Assembly (NCBI RefSeq): GCF_016433145.1 | Contig: NC_058131.1 | Span: 694,701,890 to 694,765,889, forward strand | Length of the DNA stretch: 64,000 nucleotides | Direction of reading: 5' to 3' | Origin: Gracilinanus agilis | Taxonomy: Eukaryota | Shown here: one piece after another, positions 1 to 11,500 of the stretch | Layout of the letters: the number at the start of each line of letters is the position of its first letter | Numbering within the stretch: position 1 is the stretch's first letter | The notes under the pieces: generated by a model | Databases searched by the model: none | Told to the model about the DNA's origin: nothing | The model's input: only the letters and a program-made list of their open reading frames with translations | Made by a program: the position numbers and the translations under genes

Positions 1-2115
1 CTACTCTTCCCTCTCCGGGTTGATTACACTGAGAGTAAGGTTTGATTATTACCTCTTAATGCTCTCTTCCTCTCCTTCTTATAATAGTATTTGTCCCCTC
101 TCCTTCCCATACCCTCTTTGTGTGTAATAGAATATCCTACTTTTCTTATTCACTCAAGTTTCTCTTGGTGTTCCCTGCTATTCACCCCCTCTTTCCCATC
201 CCCCATGTCATCTTAGATTATTTAGTGTTCCACCCTCACCCTGTGAATTATTCTTCTGATCACTATAATAGTGGATACTATAATAGTGAATAGAGTTCAC
301 TACAGAGAATTATACATAACATTTCTCTACATAGGAATACATATAATTAGGTCTTACTGAGGCCCTTAAAAAGGCAAATTTAAAAATTATAAGTTTTCTT
401 TCTTTCCCCTCTGTTTCTTATTTACCTTTTCATGTTTCTCTCGATTTTTGTGGTTGGATATCAAACTTTCCATTTAGCCCTGGTCTTTTCTGTGCAAATA
501 CCTGGAATTCTTCAATTTTGTTGAATGCCCATACTTTCCCCTGTAAATATATAGTCAATTTTGATGGGTAGTTGATCCGTGGTTGCAGGCCCAGCTCTCT
601 TGCCTTTCTGAATATTGTATTCCAAGCCTTGTGATCTTTTAGCGTGGAGGCTGCCACATCCTGTGTGATCCTGATTGGTGTTCCTTGATATTTGAATTGT
701 CTCTTTCTGTCTTCTTGTAAAATTTTTTCTTTTGCTTGAAAGCTCTTGAATTTCACAATTATATTTCTGGCCGTTTTCTTCTCTGGATCGAATGTGGTGG
801 GTGTTCTATGAATCCTTTTGATGTCTATATTGCCCTCTTGTTGTAGGACTTCAGGGCAATTTTGCTGAATAATTTCTTTTAGTACGGAGTCCAAGTTTCT
901 ATTAATTTCTGGTTTTTCTGGAAGACCAATGATTCTCAAATTGTCTCTTCTAGACCGGTTTTCTTGGTCTGTCACTCTCTCATTGAGATATTTCATATTT
1001 CCTTCTATTTTTTCAGTCTTTTGACTTTGTTTTATTTGTTTTTGTTGTCTTGAGAGATCATTAGCTTCTAATTGCTCAATTCTAGCCTTTAGGGACTGGT
1101 TTTCGGCTCTAAACTTTTCGTTTTCAGCTATGATCTTTTGGTTTTCTTTTTCAATCTGATTCACTTTGCTTATCAATTCATTTGATTTCTGAGCCTCACT
1201 TTCCAATTGCAAGATTCTACCTTTTAAACTGTTATTTTCTTGCCAGATCTCTTCCATCTTCCTCAGAATCTCAGTTTTGAACTCTTCCATAGCTTGTGAC
1301 CCGTTTTCCTTATTTGAGGAGGGCCCGGATGCTTGTTTGTTCTCCTCCTCTGTTTGCTCGGTTGTCTGGATTTTCTCTGTGTAAAAGTTGTCGAGTGTTA
1401 AAGACTTCTTTTTCTTGTTTATCTTTCTCTTCTGAACTTCCTGAGTCTGGGTAGCCATCATTAGCCCAGCAGCTTCTCAGCTTTATCCTCACCCTAGGGG
1501 TCTGTCCGCGATCTTTTTGGCTCCTGAGGTCTGAGTTCTGGTTTTTTCCAAGGTCAAGCCCCCTGGTGGACCCCCTTGCTTGATCCTCTGCTGGAGGTTC
1601 CTTTACAAGTCTCAGGGCGCTGCTTCCACAGTCGTATGCCGTCTACACTGGTTCCCCACTCAGGGTTTCAGAGCTTTAGCTCGTGGCTATGTCTGCCTCC
1701 ACCCACGCCTCTGCCGCTCCTGCGCTCTGCTCCCACGCTCAGATTTCGGGTGCGTTCTTTGGCTTATTGGGGTCCCAAATCTTGCTGCTCTCAGGAACAG
1801 GCCCCGGAGGTGCCAATGACTCGATGGGTGCCCCAAACTTGCTCTATTTCTTTTTAACTGGCTTCGGCGCTATAGGTGGTGTGTGTGAAGGGGGTGGGGG
1901 TGGGGTGGTTGCTCAGCCCGCGATTTAGTGAGAGCTGTTTCACCCCTTTATAGCATGGAAATGTCCCGATTCCACGTGCCTTCCACGCTGCACCCTGTTG
2001 TGGGGTTCCTCCGTTCGTCTGGACTTGTTTTTATGTCCCCTTGAGGAGTTTTGTGTGTTTTGGTCAGGAGAGGTTAAGAGCTGCTTTTTACTCTGCCACC
2101 ATCTTAACCCGGAAC
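1..2115 (-). mobile_element. Young LINE-1, 5' portion (5'UTR, ORF1, inter-ORF spacer); ORF2 continues off-window to the left; antisense in a TUBGCP2 intron
   Basis: Intact ORF1 at 430-1461. The - strand 5' end reads TTCCGGGTTAAGATGGTGGC, typical of marsupial L1 5' termini. AT-rich spacer at 1-429. Candidate TSD at 2116-2134 (- strand AAAAATCGGGGCTCCCCAG). Confidence 0.93.
430..1461 (-). CDS. L1 ORF1p (343 aa; coiled coil, RRM, CTD)
   Basis: Uninterrupted ORF with L1 ORF1 motifs RRDNLRIIGLPE, RNIIVKF, IRITQD and YPSKL. Confidence 0.93.
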   Translation of the reverse strand: MMATQTQEVQKRKINKKKKSLTLDNFYTEKIQTTEQTEEENKQASGPSSNKENGSQAMEEFKTEILRKMEEIWQENNSLKGRILQLESEAQKSNELISKVNQIEKENQKIIAENEKFRAENQSLKARIEQLEANDLSRQQKQIKQSQKTEKIEGNMKYLNERVTDQENRSRRDNLRIIGLPEKPEINRNLDSVLKEIIQQNCPEVLQQEGNIDIKRIHRTPTTFDPEKKTARNIIVKFKSFQAKEKILQEDRKRQFKYQGTPIRITQDVAASTLKDHKAWNTIFRKARELGLQPRINYPSKLTIYLQGKVWAFNKIEEFQVFAQKRPGLNGKFDIQPQKSRET

Positions 2116-2217
2116 CTGGGGAGCCCCGATTTTTAGGGTCACAACTGTGATGGCTGGTGAAGAGGAAACCCTGTCCTCTTTACCCACACGGGGCCTTCTG
2201 TTCCAACTTTGCTCAAG

Positions 2218-2425
2218 GTAGCCTGCCCTTGGCCTCTCAGGAGGCTGCGGTGGTGGAGGACCTGCTTTACGTCCTGGTCGGCGTGGATGGACGCTACATC
2301 ACAGCGCAGCCCCTCCTCAGCAGGCAGAGCCGGACTTTTCTTGTAGACCCTAATCTGGACATGTCTGTCAAGGAACTGGTGAACAGGGTTCTGCCAGTGG
2401 CTGCGAGCTACTCGACTGTGACCAG
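2218..2425 (+). CDS. TUBGCP2: TUBGCP2 exon (window exon 1): GSLPLASQE...YSTVTR
   Basis: ctcaag|GTAGCC ... ACCAG|gtatgt; 208 nt. Confidence 0.95.
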
Positions 2426-2436
2426 GTATGTGTCCA

Positions 2437-2513
<77 letters not shown>

Positions 2514-5500
2514 TAGAGATGGGCAGAGCCTGCCTCCCTCCCCACAATCACTCAGCCCTGATCTTCTGGGCTCCCTCTCCCATTGGGGCCCCTTCAGATG
2601 CTCCCCACTTCTCATTCCTTAACCACTCTCACTCACAGGGTAGTTTTGGCTGCTCTTTCTCAGCCACCCCCAAAGGGACCTTAGACGCCTCTGAGTCACT
2701 CTAGACTCCAGCCTGTTGGGCCCGAGGCTCCCCGTTCTCCTTCTGAGCAGTTCTAATTGTCCCTAATCCTTGGGACCACAAGCTCAGCCCTCCTTCCATC
2801 TCCTTCAGGAATTTGCCCCATCCTTCCTCTTCAGTCTCTCCTGTCCCCTGCAGCCAGAGCGCCGCTGGGCCTTCCACTGGATCCTTGGACCCTGAAGGCT
2901 GCTTCATTTTCCTTCCTTCTCTGTCCTCCCCCACTGCCCCAAGTCTCCAGGCTGGCTTCTGAACTGACCATCCTAGGAAACTTAGTTCAGAGCTCACCAC
3001 TGGCCTCTTTTTTATCTTGGAATCAGTTCTGTATGTTATTGGCTCCAAGGCAGAAAGCGGTAAGGGCTAGGCAGTGGGAGTCCCACAGTTAGGAAGTGTC
3101 TGAGGCCACATTTGAACCCAGGACCCCCCATCTCCAGGCCTGGCTAATCTACTGTGCCACCTGGCTAATCTCTACTGACATCTTCTTACTGACCAAGACT
3201 TTTCCCAGGCTTCCTCCCTCTTGCCCTCTCTGTCTGGCCATCAGCCTCTTCCCTGACCTCCTGTCCTGCTGGACACTTCCACCTGCATGATCTGTTGAGA
3301 TCCAGATCTGATGGGTGCCTGCATGTGTGGGTGGGTGGGAGTGGCGGGGAGGGGGCTCTCTGGTCTCTTCCCTTTCCCCAGCGGCCACCCCATGATGCCT
3401 CTCCAGGCCCTTTCTCCACTGAACCTTGTCACTCTCCAGTTCAGGGTTTGCCCACGGGTCTCCTTGGGCCCCTCCAACCCATCCTTCCCCTGCTAGAGTG
3501 CCAGCCCCACTGGGCAGTGTCATTGCTTGGTGAGCCCCTAGGAATCCTGAGGTTCTTCACTCAAAGGGGCTTCCGAGCATGGTCTCATTTGACTGAGCCA
3601 CAGCTGGTACTCTCCTTCTCTCCCATCTAAGACTCAGCCACAGGCCAGGCAGCCAGGGAGGGTCATAGGTGGCCTCAGCCCCGATGCCCCCCTCCTCCGG
3701 CCACCCAGACACCAGGCCTGTCAATTCCCCTGCAGGTTCATAGAGGAGAAGTCTTCCTTTGAGTACGGTCAAGTGAACCACGCCTTGGCGGCTGCCATGA
3801 GAACCCTAGTCAAGGAGTACCTGATCCTGGTCACGCAACTGGAGCACCTACAGAGACAAGGCCTCCTGTCGTTGCAGAAACTGTGGTTCTACATTCAGCC
3901 AACCATGCGCACCATGGAGATCCTGGCCTCCCTTGGTGAGTCTCTGGCTGTCCCCTGCACTCTCAGGGCTCCTTGGGTTCACAGGGGACCTCGTGCTAGG
4001 GTGCCCTGGTACAGAGAGGAGGAATGGTGGGTCAGGAGAGCTCCAGAATAGTGTGAGGCAGGGGGTGCCATCTGTTATGATTAATATTGATATAGATGGA
4101 TATATTCAATAATATTGTTTATTATTATCCATATTGGTAATTAAGCCAGGCCACGCGACTGCTAAGATCTAATTCAAATCGCCCACCATTACCTTCTGCC
4201 CTCCTGGCAGCCTCATACAAAAGAGAGCGTCTCCCAGTCACATCAGGAGTCTTATACCTCTGTCTATGTAATCACACTTCTTCCATAAGAGGAATCATGG
4301 GAAATGTAGTTTCCAAGTCCCCTAAAAGTCCACAGGAAGTTTATATCATATATCTAAATATTAAAGCTCAATGAAGCCCAAATTTTCACTAACACATTCC
4401 CCCCTGAGAGCAGAAAGAGACTGGTCTCCTTGAACGTTCTTGTAAACATAACTTTTAAAGTACAGAAATTTGGGGATAAAAGAAAATAGAACAAAAACTA
4501 GCCACATTGACAAAAGCCAATTGGGGGAAGTCCCCTATTGGCCTAAGAGTGTATCAAAACAAATGCATTCAACTCCCCATAGTTCAATCAACTGCACCCC
4601 AAAGTTCATTTTGGATCTTCATGATCCAGTGAAGGCTCTTCAGGCCTTTTCATGGTGCCGTCTACAAACAGGTTCATTGACTGGATTCTGGGGAGATGGC
4701 AAATTTCTTATCCTGAAATTACTCTCAAAGAATTTAAACTTTACATTATTATAAAACACACATTCCCTTCTGAGGCAAATTATACATTCCCCCTTGAAAT
4801 TACTCCTAAAAGATTTAAATTTTTACATTATAGATTATAATACAGACATTATAATTATAAAACTTACACACCCCCCCTGAGGAGAATCAATAACGCATAC
4901 TCCCCTGAAGGGGGTACCCCAGGTCAGCTAAGGATACATGGCAAAGTCACGGGTTGTATGAAATCAATTGGAAAAAGAAATAAAATAAAAATAAAATAAA
5001 ATCTAAATAAAAGAGAAGAAAAAAAATTAACTTGTGTATGAAATGTAAAATGTCATAGTCTTATGTGCAAAAATGTGAGGAAAAATAAACTAATAACAGG
5101 TCCTTGGATCAAGGCCCAATTAAAGTGATTTAAGCAGTTTGCAATCACCCATTCAGGAGCCAGGACTACAGAAAACTGCCATTCTATATATAAGAGAAAT
5201 AACAGGATCAAAAATGTATGAAAGGGAAGTATCTTTCCCTGGTCTGATTTGCCTCCACCTTCTCAGAGATGAGCCATAATGATAGCCAGTCTTAGGTGCT
5301 TACTAGGAAATGAAGCTCTGGGGAAGTCTGGCCTCTAACATATGTTAGAAAAACTACAACCCTGAACTTCAAACACTAGTTTCAAGCCCTTCAGTATTGG
5401 CATAGAACTTCCTCAATCCACGATCTGCATGACCTTTTGCTCCTTGGCACTTTTCAGATTCTCAGGCTGTCTCCATGACCTTGTGGCTCTTTTGTTCCCT

Positions 5501-8500
5501 TCTCCTGGAATCAGACAGAGAGACATTAATCACAGTCCCATAATATTTACCAATAATTGGTAGGTTACCATAGTCTAAGGCTTTTGGGGTATGCATTAAT
5601 ATTATAGCAAATATATATTTATATTAAACTTATATTACTGTAAAATCAAAAAAGGGTTAACACCGATTATATGTACTTTCAGTACAAAATGAGAAAAAGG
5701 GAAAAAAGAGTCAATTAACTCTATTAAAAAATTAAAAGGAAAAGCAATAAAAATACGTTTTCAAGTATAAAAATGAGAAAGAAAAAAACAAATTATATTT
5801 CACTTAGAAGGAAAAATAATAAAAGAATGTTTTAAAAAAATCGAAAAATATATAGCTTAGAATTAGTGAAAGGTTTTTCACCCAAAAATGAGATCCATTC
5901 CTGTTAAGCTTTTGCATGAACTGTGTGTGTAAATGGTTTTTACAAAATAGCAGATTCATAATGCACATTCAAATAAAGTACCATAATTTCCAATAACACA
6001 TTTAAAGACAATAGCAAACAAACCCATTATTATAACCACGTGCTATGATGTATAAAAAAATTGTATACTTGTCACAAATTCAACAGGTATAGTAAATCAT
6101 TCAACCTTGACTAAGATATTTTCTTAACAAACTGTTACTAACTCCATAGCAGTTGTGGGGCAGAGCCTAAAAAAAATCTGATAAAAAAACCTGCTGGGTC
6201 TAAATTATGCTCAGGAATTCTAGATCTTTCTGATGGGAAAGCAAGCCAAAACATCAAGCACACAGGAGCTCTCCTGGCTTCCTGTGTAAAAAAAAAAACA
6301 GGTAGAAAACTTCCATTTGTTTCCTCTACCCCTTAAGACAACATTCTTTATAATAAATATATAAAACCTTACCATTCATACAGAAGGGTACTAGGCATCT
6401 AAAGTCAATTCTAAAGACCCTTTATAAAATTATAATTTAAATTCAAGGCATTAAAATCTCCAAGGTTGTGTAAGCAATATCAAGATTGAATAAAAACTTA
6501 AGGCATGTGATCCTAAGGCTTATGGGCTTTTTTACACCTTAAAAATGTTTAAGGTGTTCATAAATGGTACAGATAACAGAATTAGATTAATACAGGTAAA
6601 CTTAAAAAAATGAAACCTTAAAGAAATCAGGAAATACAATATAAGAAACAGATTACAAGCAATGTAGTCAAAAACCCTTTTTACTAATTCTGATAGATTT
6701 GTTCACTATTTGGGAGTTACAATAAAATCATAAACAGAATTAATCTAGCAGCCAAAACTTCATTAGCTTAAAATGATTCAGTGCAACAGAAAGGTCAACT
6801 TAACAGCAAAATTAAATCACGTAACAACAATCAGCAAAATACAATAAGATAGAGACTTTTTTTTTTTTAATAAATTCCATGCTGTCTGAGGTTTTTAAAA
6901 TCCACCTCTGGTCCAATTCAAGTTCCTTCTAACTGAGCTCTACACTGAGCACAGTGTGGATGACTCCATAAGGGTATATAGTTCAAAGTCTTGGGCAGGC
7001 CTAGAGTGTGTGTGTGTGTGTGGGGGGGGGGGGAGGATCCCTCCCCTGAGTTTCAGGCAAGATAATTGCAAGGAATAATTTGAAATAGGCCATGTGGTCC
7101 ATGCTTGCCATTCTACTTCCTGTTTGAAGAGTAAAAGCTAGGGCCACCTTTAAGCCAACTGGGGTAGGGGCTAGAGAAAGCCGCAGGTTGGAGATCCCAC
7201 GTGGAGGGCTTGTGGGGGGAGGAAGGTAGCTAGAGAAGCTTTCTTCAGGTTAAAAGCCATTAATGTCTATGAGGAAACACCCCTAGGAAAGTGCCAGGTG
7301 TGTGAAATAAGAGGGAAAAGGGGTTTTTATTATACTTCTCAAATCTTAAGCAGCGGCGGCAGCAGCAGTCTCTGGGATCAGCATCAACCAGCGGGGTCTG
7401 CTAGGGCAGGAAAGCAGGAGTCAAGAAAAAGTAGCAGCACTGGGCGGCAGGCATTTGGGGGGAACAGTTTGGGGGTCAGCAGCAGAGGCAACAGCAGGTA
7501 TCTGGCATTGGAACAGCCAGCAGGAGCTGGGATCGCCACTGGGTGGCAGGAAAAAGCTAGAGACCCAGGGCGGGGCCGGCGGATAGGGCCGGCAGTCGTT
7601 GAAACCAAGTTCATGGGGAATGTATGAAACTAGCAGCCAGGAACAGGCTGGTGGGAAAACGGCATTCCCCTTTTTAAAAAATGCTCAAAAGAACTGAGCA
7701 AAGTGGCCAAAAATAGCACAAGAGCAGGTCTGAGGCTCCGGGGAGGATCCGGAGGTGTCTCAGAGTTGCTTGGCTTCGTAGGCTATCTGAAAAATTGAGA
7801 ATTACGTCTCCAATGTGGTTGCCAAAACTGTTACGAATAAAATGGATATAGATGGAAGTAGATAAAAGTATTAATAGTTCATTTAAAGCCATATTGGTAA
7901 ATTAAGAAGGCCACGTGCCTGCTAAGATCTAATTCAAATTGCCCGCCATTACCTCCTGCCCACCTGGCTGCTTTGTAGGAAAGAGAGCGTCTCCCAATCA
8001 CCTCAGGAGTCTTATACCTCTGTCTCCGTAAGAGGAATCATGGGAAATGTAGTTTCCAAGTCCCCTAAACGTCCACAGGAAGTTTATATCATATATCTAA
8101 ACATTAAAGCTCAATGAACCCCAAATTTCCACTAACACACATGGGCACCTTCCTGAGCCTCTCCAGGAAGGAATGGGTGGGTCAGGAGCACCCCAAAGGA
8201 CTTCCCTCCATCCTACCTCTGCAGGCTTCAGAGGCCTGTGGACGTCAGGGGGTTAGGAGCCTTGGCCTCCCCTAAGGCTCCTCCTGCCTGACTTTGGGCT
8301 GGTTATTTGGTCTCCCCTTAGGAAGGAACTCCTGCTCATGTTACAGTGACTTGCCTGGGGTCTAGGAGGGCTGTGGGAGCCTTGGCCTGGGCCTGGCTCC
8401 AGTGTGAGGGCTGGTCAGAGGCTGGAAAGGGCCGGAGCTGGGGGTCCATGAGTTACTGCCCACTTATTTATTCTTCTGCCCTGGGGGATATGCAGGGCAG

Positions 8501-11500
8501 GAAGCTCTCAGTGTGGAGACTCCCTCCCACAAGGTGGGGCTTTTTGGAAGTGGGCAGCAGGGCTCAGCCTGAACTCCCTGACACTGCCCTGCGGCTTCAG
8601 GAGCTTCCTGATTGCCTGTGGTCATCGCCTGTGCCCAGACACTCGCCTGTCTTTTGCTGGTTGTTGCTTGTCCTGTTGCCTCTCTAATAGCCTCGTGGTG
8701 GGTAGTGATTTCGGGGCTTGTGTTGGGTCTCATCAACCCTGGAAACTTCACAAGAAGGGTCCTGGAACAGTGGGCCACGTCCTGTACCCCTGTGGAGCTG
8801 CCCTCGTGGCTCAAGGCTTAGCCCCGGATTGAGCCAGTGTCTTGGACGGCTTCATGGCCCTTCAGGGGAACCAAGCGGCCTTGCGTCCCTCTCGGTTTGT
8901 CCCAGTGGGTCTCATCCAGGAGCTTCCAGCCCTTGCTGGCACCCAGCGCACCCCCTCCCACCATGGCCCTGGAGCCCCCCCAGCCCCCCAGGGGCTTCTC
9001 TCCCCACCTGTCCTGGGGCTCGTGGCAGCCTCTGGTCTCTGGGGGTTGGCCAGAGTGGCTGTCAGTGTTCAAGCGGGGGAAGGGGGGGACTCACCCACCT
9101 GCTGCCACTGCTGCCACTGCTGCCCTCATTTCCTGCAGCCACCTCTGTGGACAAAGGGGAATGTTTAGGGGGCTCGACCCTGAGCCTCCTCCATGACAGA
9201 AGCTTCAACTACACCGGAGACAGTCAGGCCCAGGAACTGTGCCTCTACCTGACCAAGGCAGCCAGCGTCCCGTACTTTGAGATCCTGGAGAAATGGATCT
9301 ACCGGGGCATCATCAACGATCCGTACAGGTATTGACCGGCGCCGCTCCCCAAAATCATCTCGGCGACTAGCCGGACTGGTCATCCCCGGCCTCAGGATCC
9401 AGCCCTCGTCTTCCTGGGGGCCCCCCAGCTTGAGCCGTCCACCTCCCCAGTCCAAGCCCTCCTCCCCCTCCTGGCTCATCTCCAGAGCAGGTGCCCAAGG
9501 GATGGTCCTCAGCTCTAGGCCCGAGGTAGTCCCGTCACCCCTCACTGAAACCCGAGAGCGCACATTGCCTCCAGGGTGCCAAGAGCTCCTTTGGCGAGGA
9601 GCATCTCCCACACTTGCCCTCCCTTAGCTTTATGACACGTATCCCCCTGGTCCCAGTCTGTCGGCTTTCTCCTAAGTGATGCCCAATCTCCGGTCACGGT
9701 GCCTTTGGGCAGACCATCCCTGGTGCCTGAGACACCCTCCAGCTTTTCTTCAAGGCTCCACTCGGGGTCCACCTTCCTCAGGAAGGCCTCCAGGCCTCCT
9801 CCCCAAACTTCCATTTCTCCATCGAGGGCTGTGGAGAGGGCAGCTCCCCAAGGACAGGAACACAGGGTCTGGCACATAGTAGCCGTGCATTGTGGATGGA
9901 ACGATTGCCCCGAGACCTCGGGAGCTTGGTCCAAGCAGGGCAGCCACCTCATCGCCAAAGAGATCTGGGTCCTGAGCCTCTTTTTAGGCTCGCGCCTTTG
10001 GTCTTGTCTTGGGGGCAGCAGCCCGGGCAGCAGATGTGGGCCCTGGGCTTCAGTTTCCTCATTTGTCAAAAGGCTGGCTTGGCTCCAGCCTTCAGTCCAA
10101 GACCCGAGAACTCAAAAAGCTCTTTGGGGGAGGGGGAGATGGACTTGGTGGCTTCGGGTTCTCGGTGAGTCAGCCGCGATCCTGGTTTGCTGCTTCTCTC
10201 GCTGGCCTCTTGGCCCCAGCCCTGGGAGGGAAGTTCTGTTATTGTCCAGTGTTGGAGGCCCGACCAAAGCTAAGGTCTTCCTGACTGCAGGTCCACTAGT
10301 GCTCTTTCTCTTGGGCAGTAGGTACTGGGTCTGCCCCAGAGAGAGCCACAGCTTGGGCCCAGGCACTAGCGCCCTCCCTCAGGGAGCTCCCTCTCACGGG
10401 GGGGAGAAAGAACCCAAGCATTCAGGCGACCGATAGCCGGTGGCGAGGGGGCTCCTAGGAGCAAAACTCAAATGTGCACACTGGGGAGAGCCCCCCGACC
10501 GGGGGAATGGGAGGGAACTGAGGCCCGAAAACCCTGCCAGAAGGCGCTGGGGGGGAGGGGAGAGGGGCAAGGCCCCCTCCAAGGCGCCATTCTCCCAGCG
10601 CCTGGCCAACGCGCCACTGAGCAGGGGTGGACGCGGCTTGCTCTGCCTTCTGACATCTTTTGTCTCTTCTTCAACAAATAACGCAGTGAGTTCATGGTGG
10701 AAGAGCATGAGCTTCAGAAGGAGAAGATCCAGGAGGATTACAACGACAAGTACTGGGACCAGAGGTACACCGTCGTCCAGCCACAGATCCCTTCTTTCCT
10801 CCAGAAAATGGCAGACAAGATCCTGAGCACAGGTGAGGACAGAAACCGGTCACAGCAAGCCCCCATCATTTCCAGGGCCTCCAGTGGGGGCCGGGGCAGA
10901 GGCCTCTTCCCCAGGGTGCTGGCTTCCACTCAGGACAGCTTTCATCAGGACATGGTTCTCTCAGCATGAGCCTCTGTTGGCTTCTGTCCTTCCCTCCTGG
11001 CCGGGCCTCTGGTGGCTTGGTCTCTAGGCCTCTGCCTCGAGTGGGGTCATCCAGATGAGGGGCTTGGCCAGGGCAACAGGCAGTAAGTGGGCCTTTTGGA
11101 CCCTCTGCCTGGGGCAGCCTTAAGCCCATGGTTCTCATGTCACCCTCTGGGCTCTTCCTGAGCCCGAGGTCCACCCCTCGCCGATGCCCACTTCTGCCAC
11201 CATCCCGAGCCCTTCCCTCCACTGACTCCCCTGTCAAAGGAAGGCAGTGGGCTTGGCGGCCATCCTGCTCTGCACTGTGGGCTCTGTGGACTTGGCCTCC
11301 ACCTCCGTCCTCACCAGCCAGGATGACTGCAGCGTGTCTCTGCCCCCAGCCTCAGATCACCTGCAAACTGGCCTCCTCCTAATCACGGAGGAACACGGAG
11401 GAGCCTGGTGCTAAGGATGGTCAGTCACCCCATCCTGACCATCCCCCTCACCTCTTGTCTCCTCCAGTCTTCTCTGGGAGGCTGAGGCACCTGGTGCTGC

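Larger units (their letters stand above)
4073..8139 (-). mobile_element. Non-autonomous ERV1-like provirus with two LTRs, antisense in TUBGCP2 intron
   Basis: Direct repeats at 4073-4396 and 7829-8139 with TG..CA ends. PPT (AGGGGGGGAA on - strand) abuts 4396. PBS-like TGGCAACCAC on - strand lies just inside 7829. Flanks CATC/CATG form an imperfect 4-bp TSD. The AT-rich interior has no recognisable gag/pol/env ORF. Confidence 0.88.

Noticed and set aside
7298-7627. 109-aa + strand ORF in the ERV leader
   Set aside because: Antisense to the ERV, built from GCA-type microrepeats; no gag similarity.
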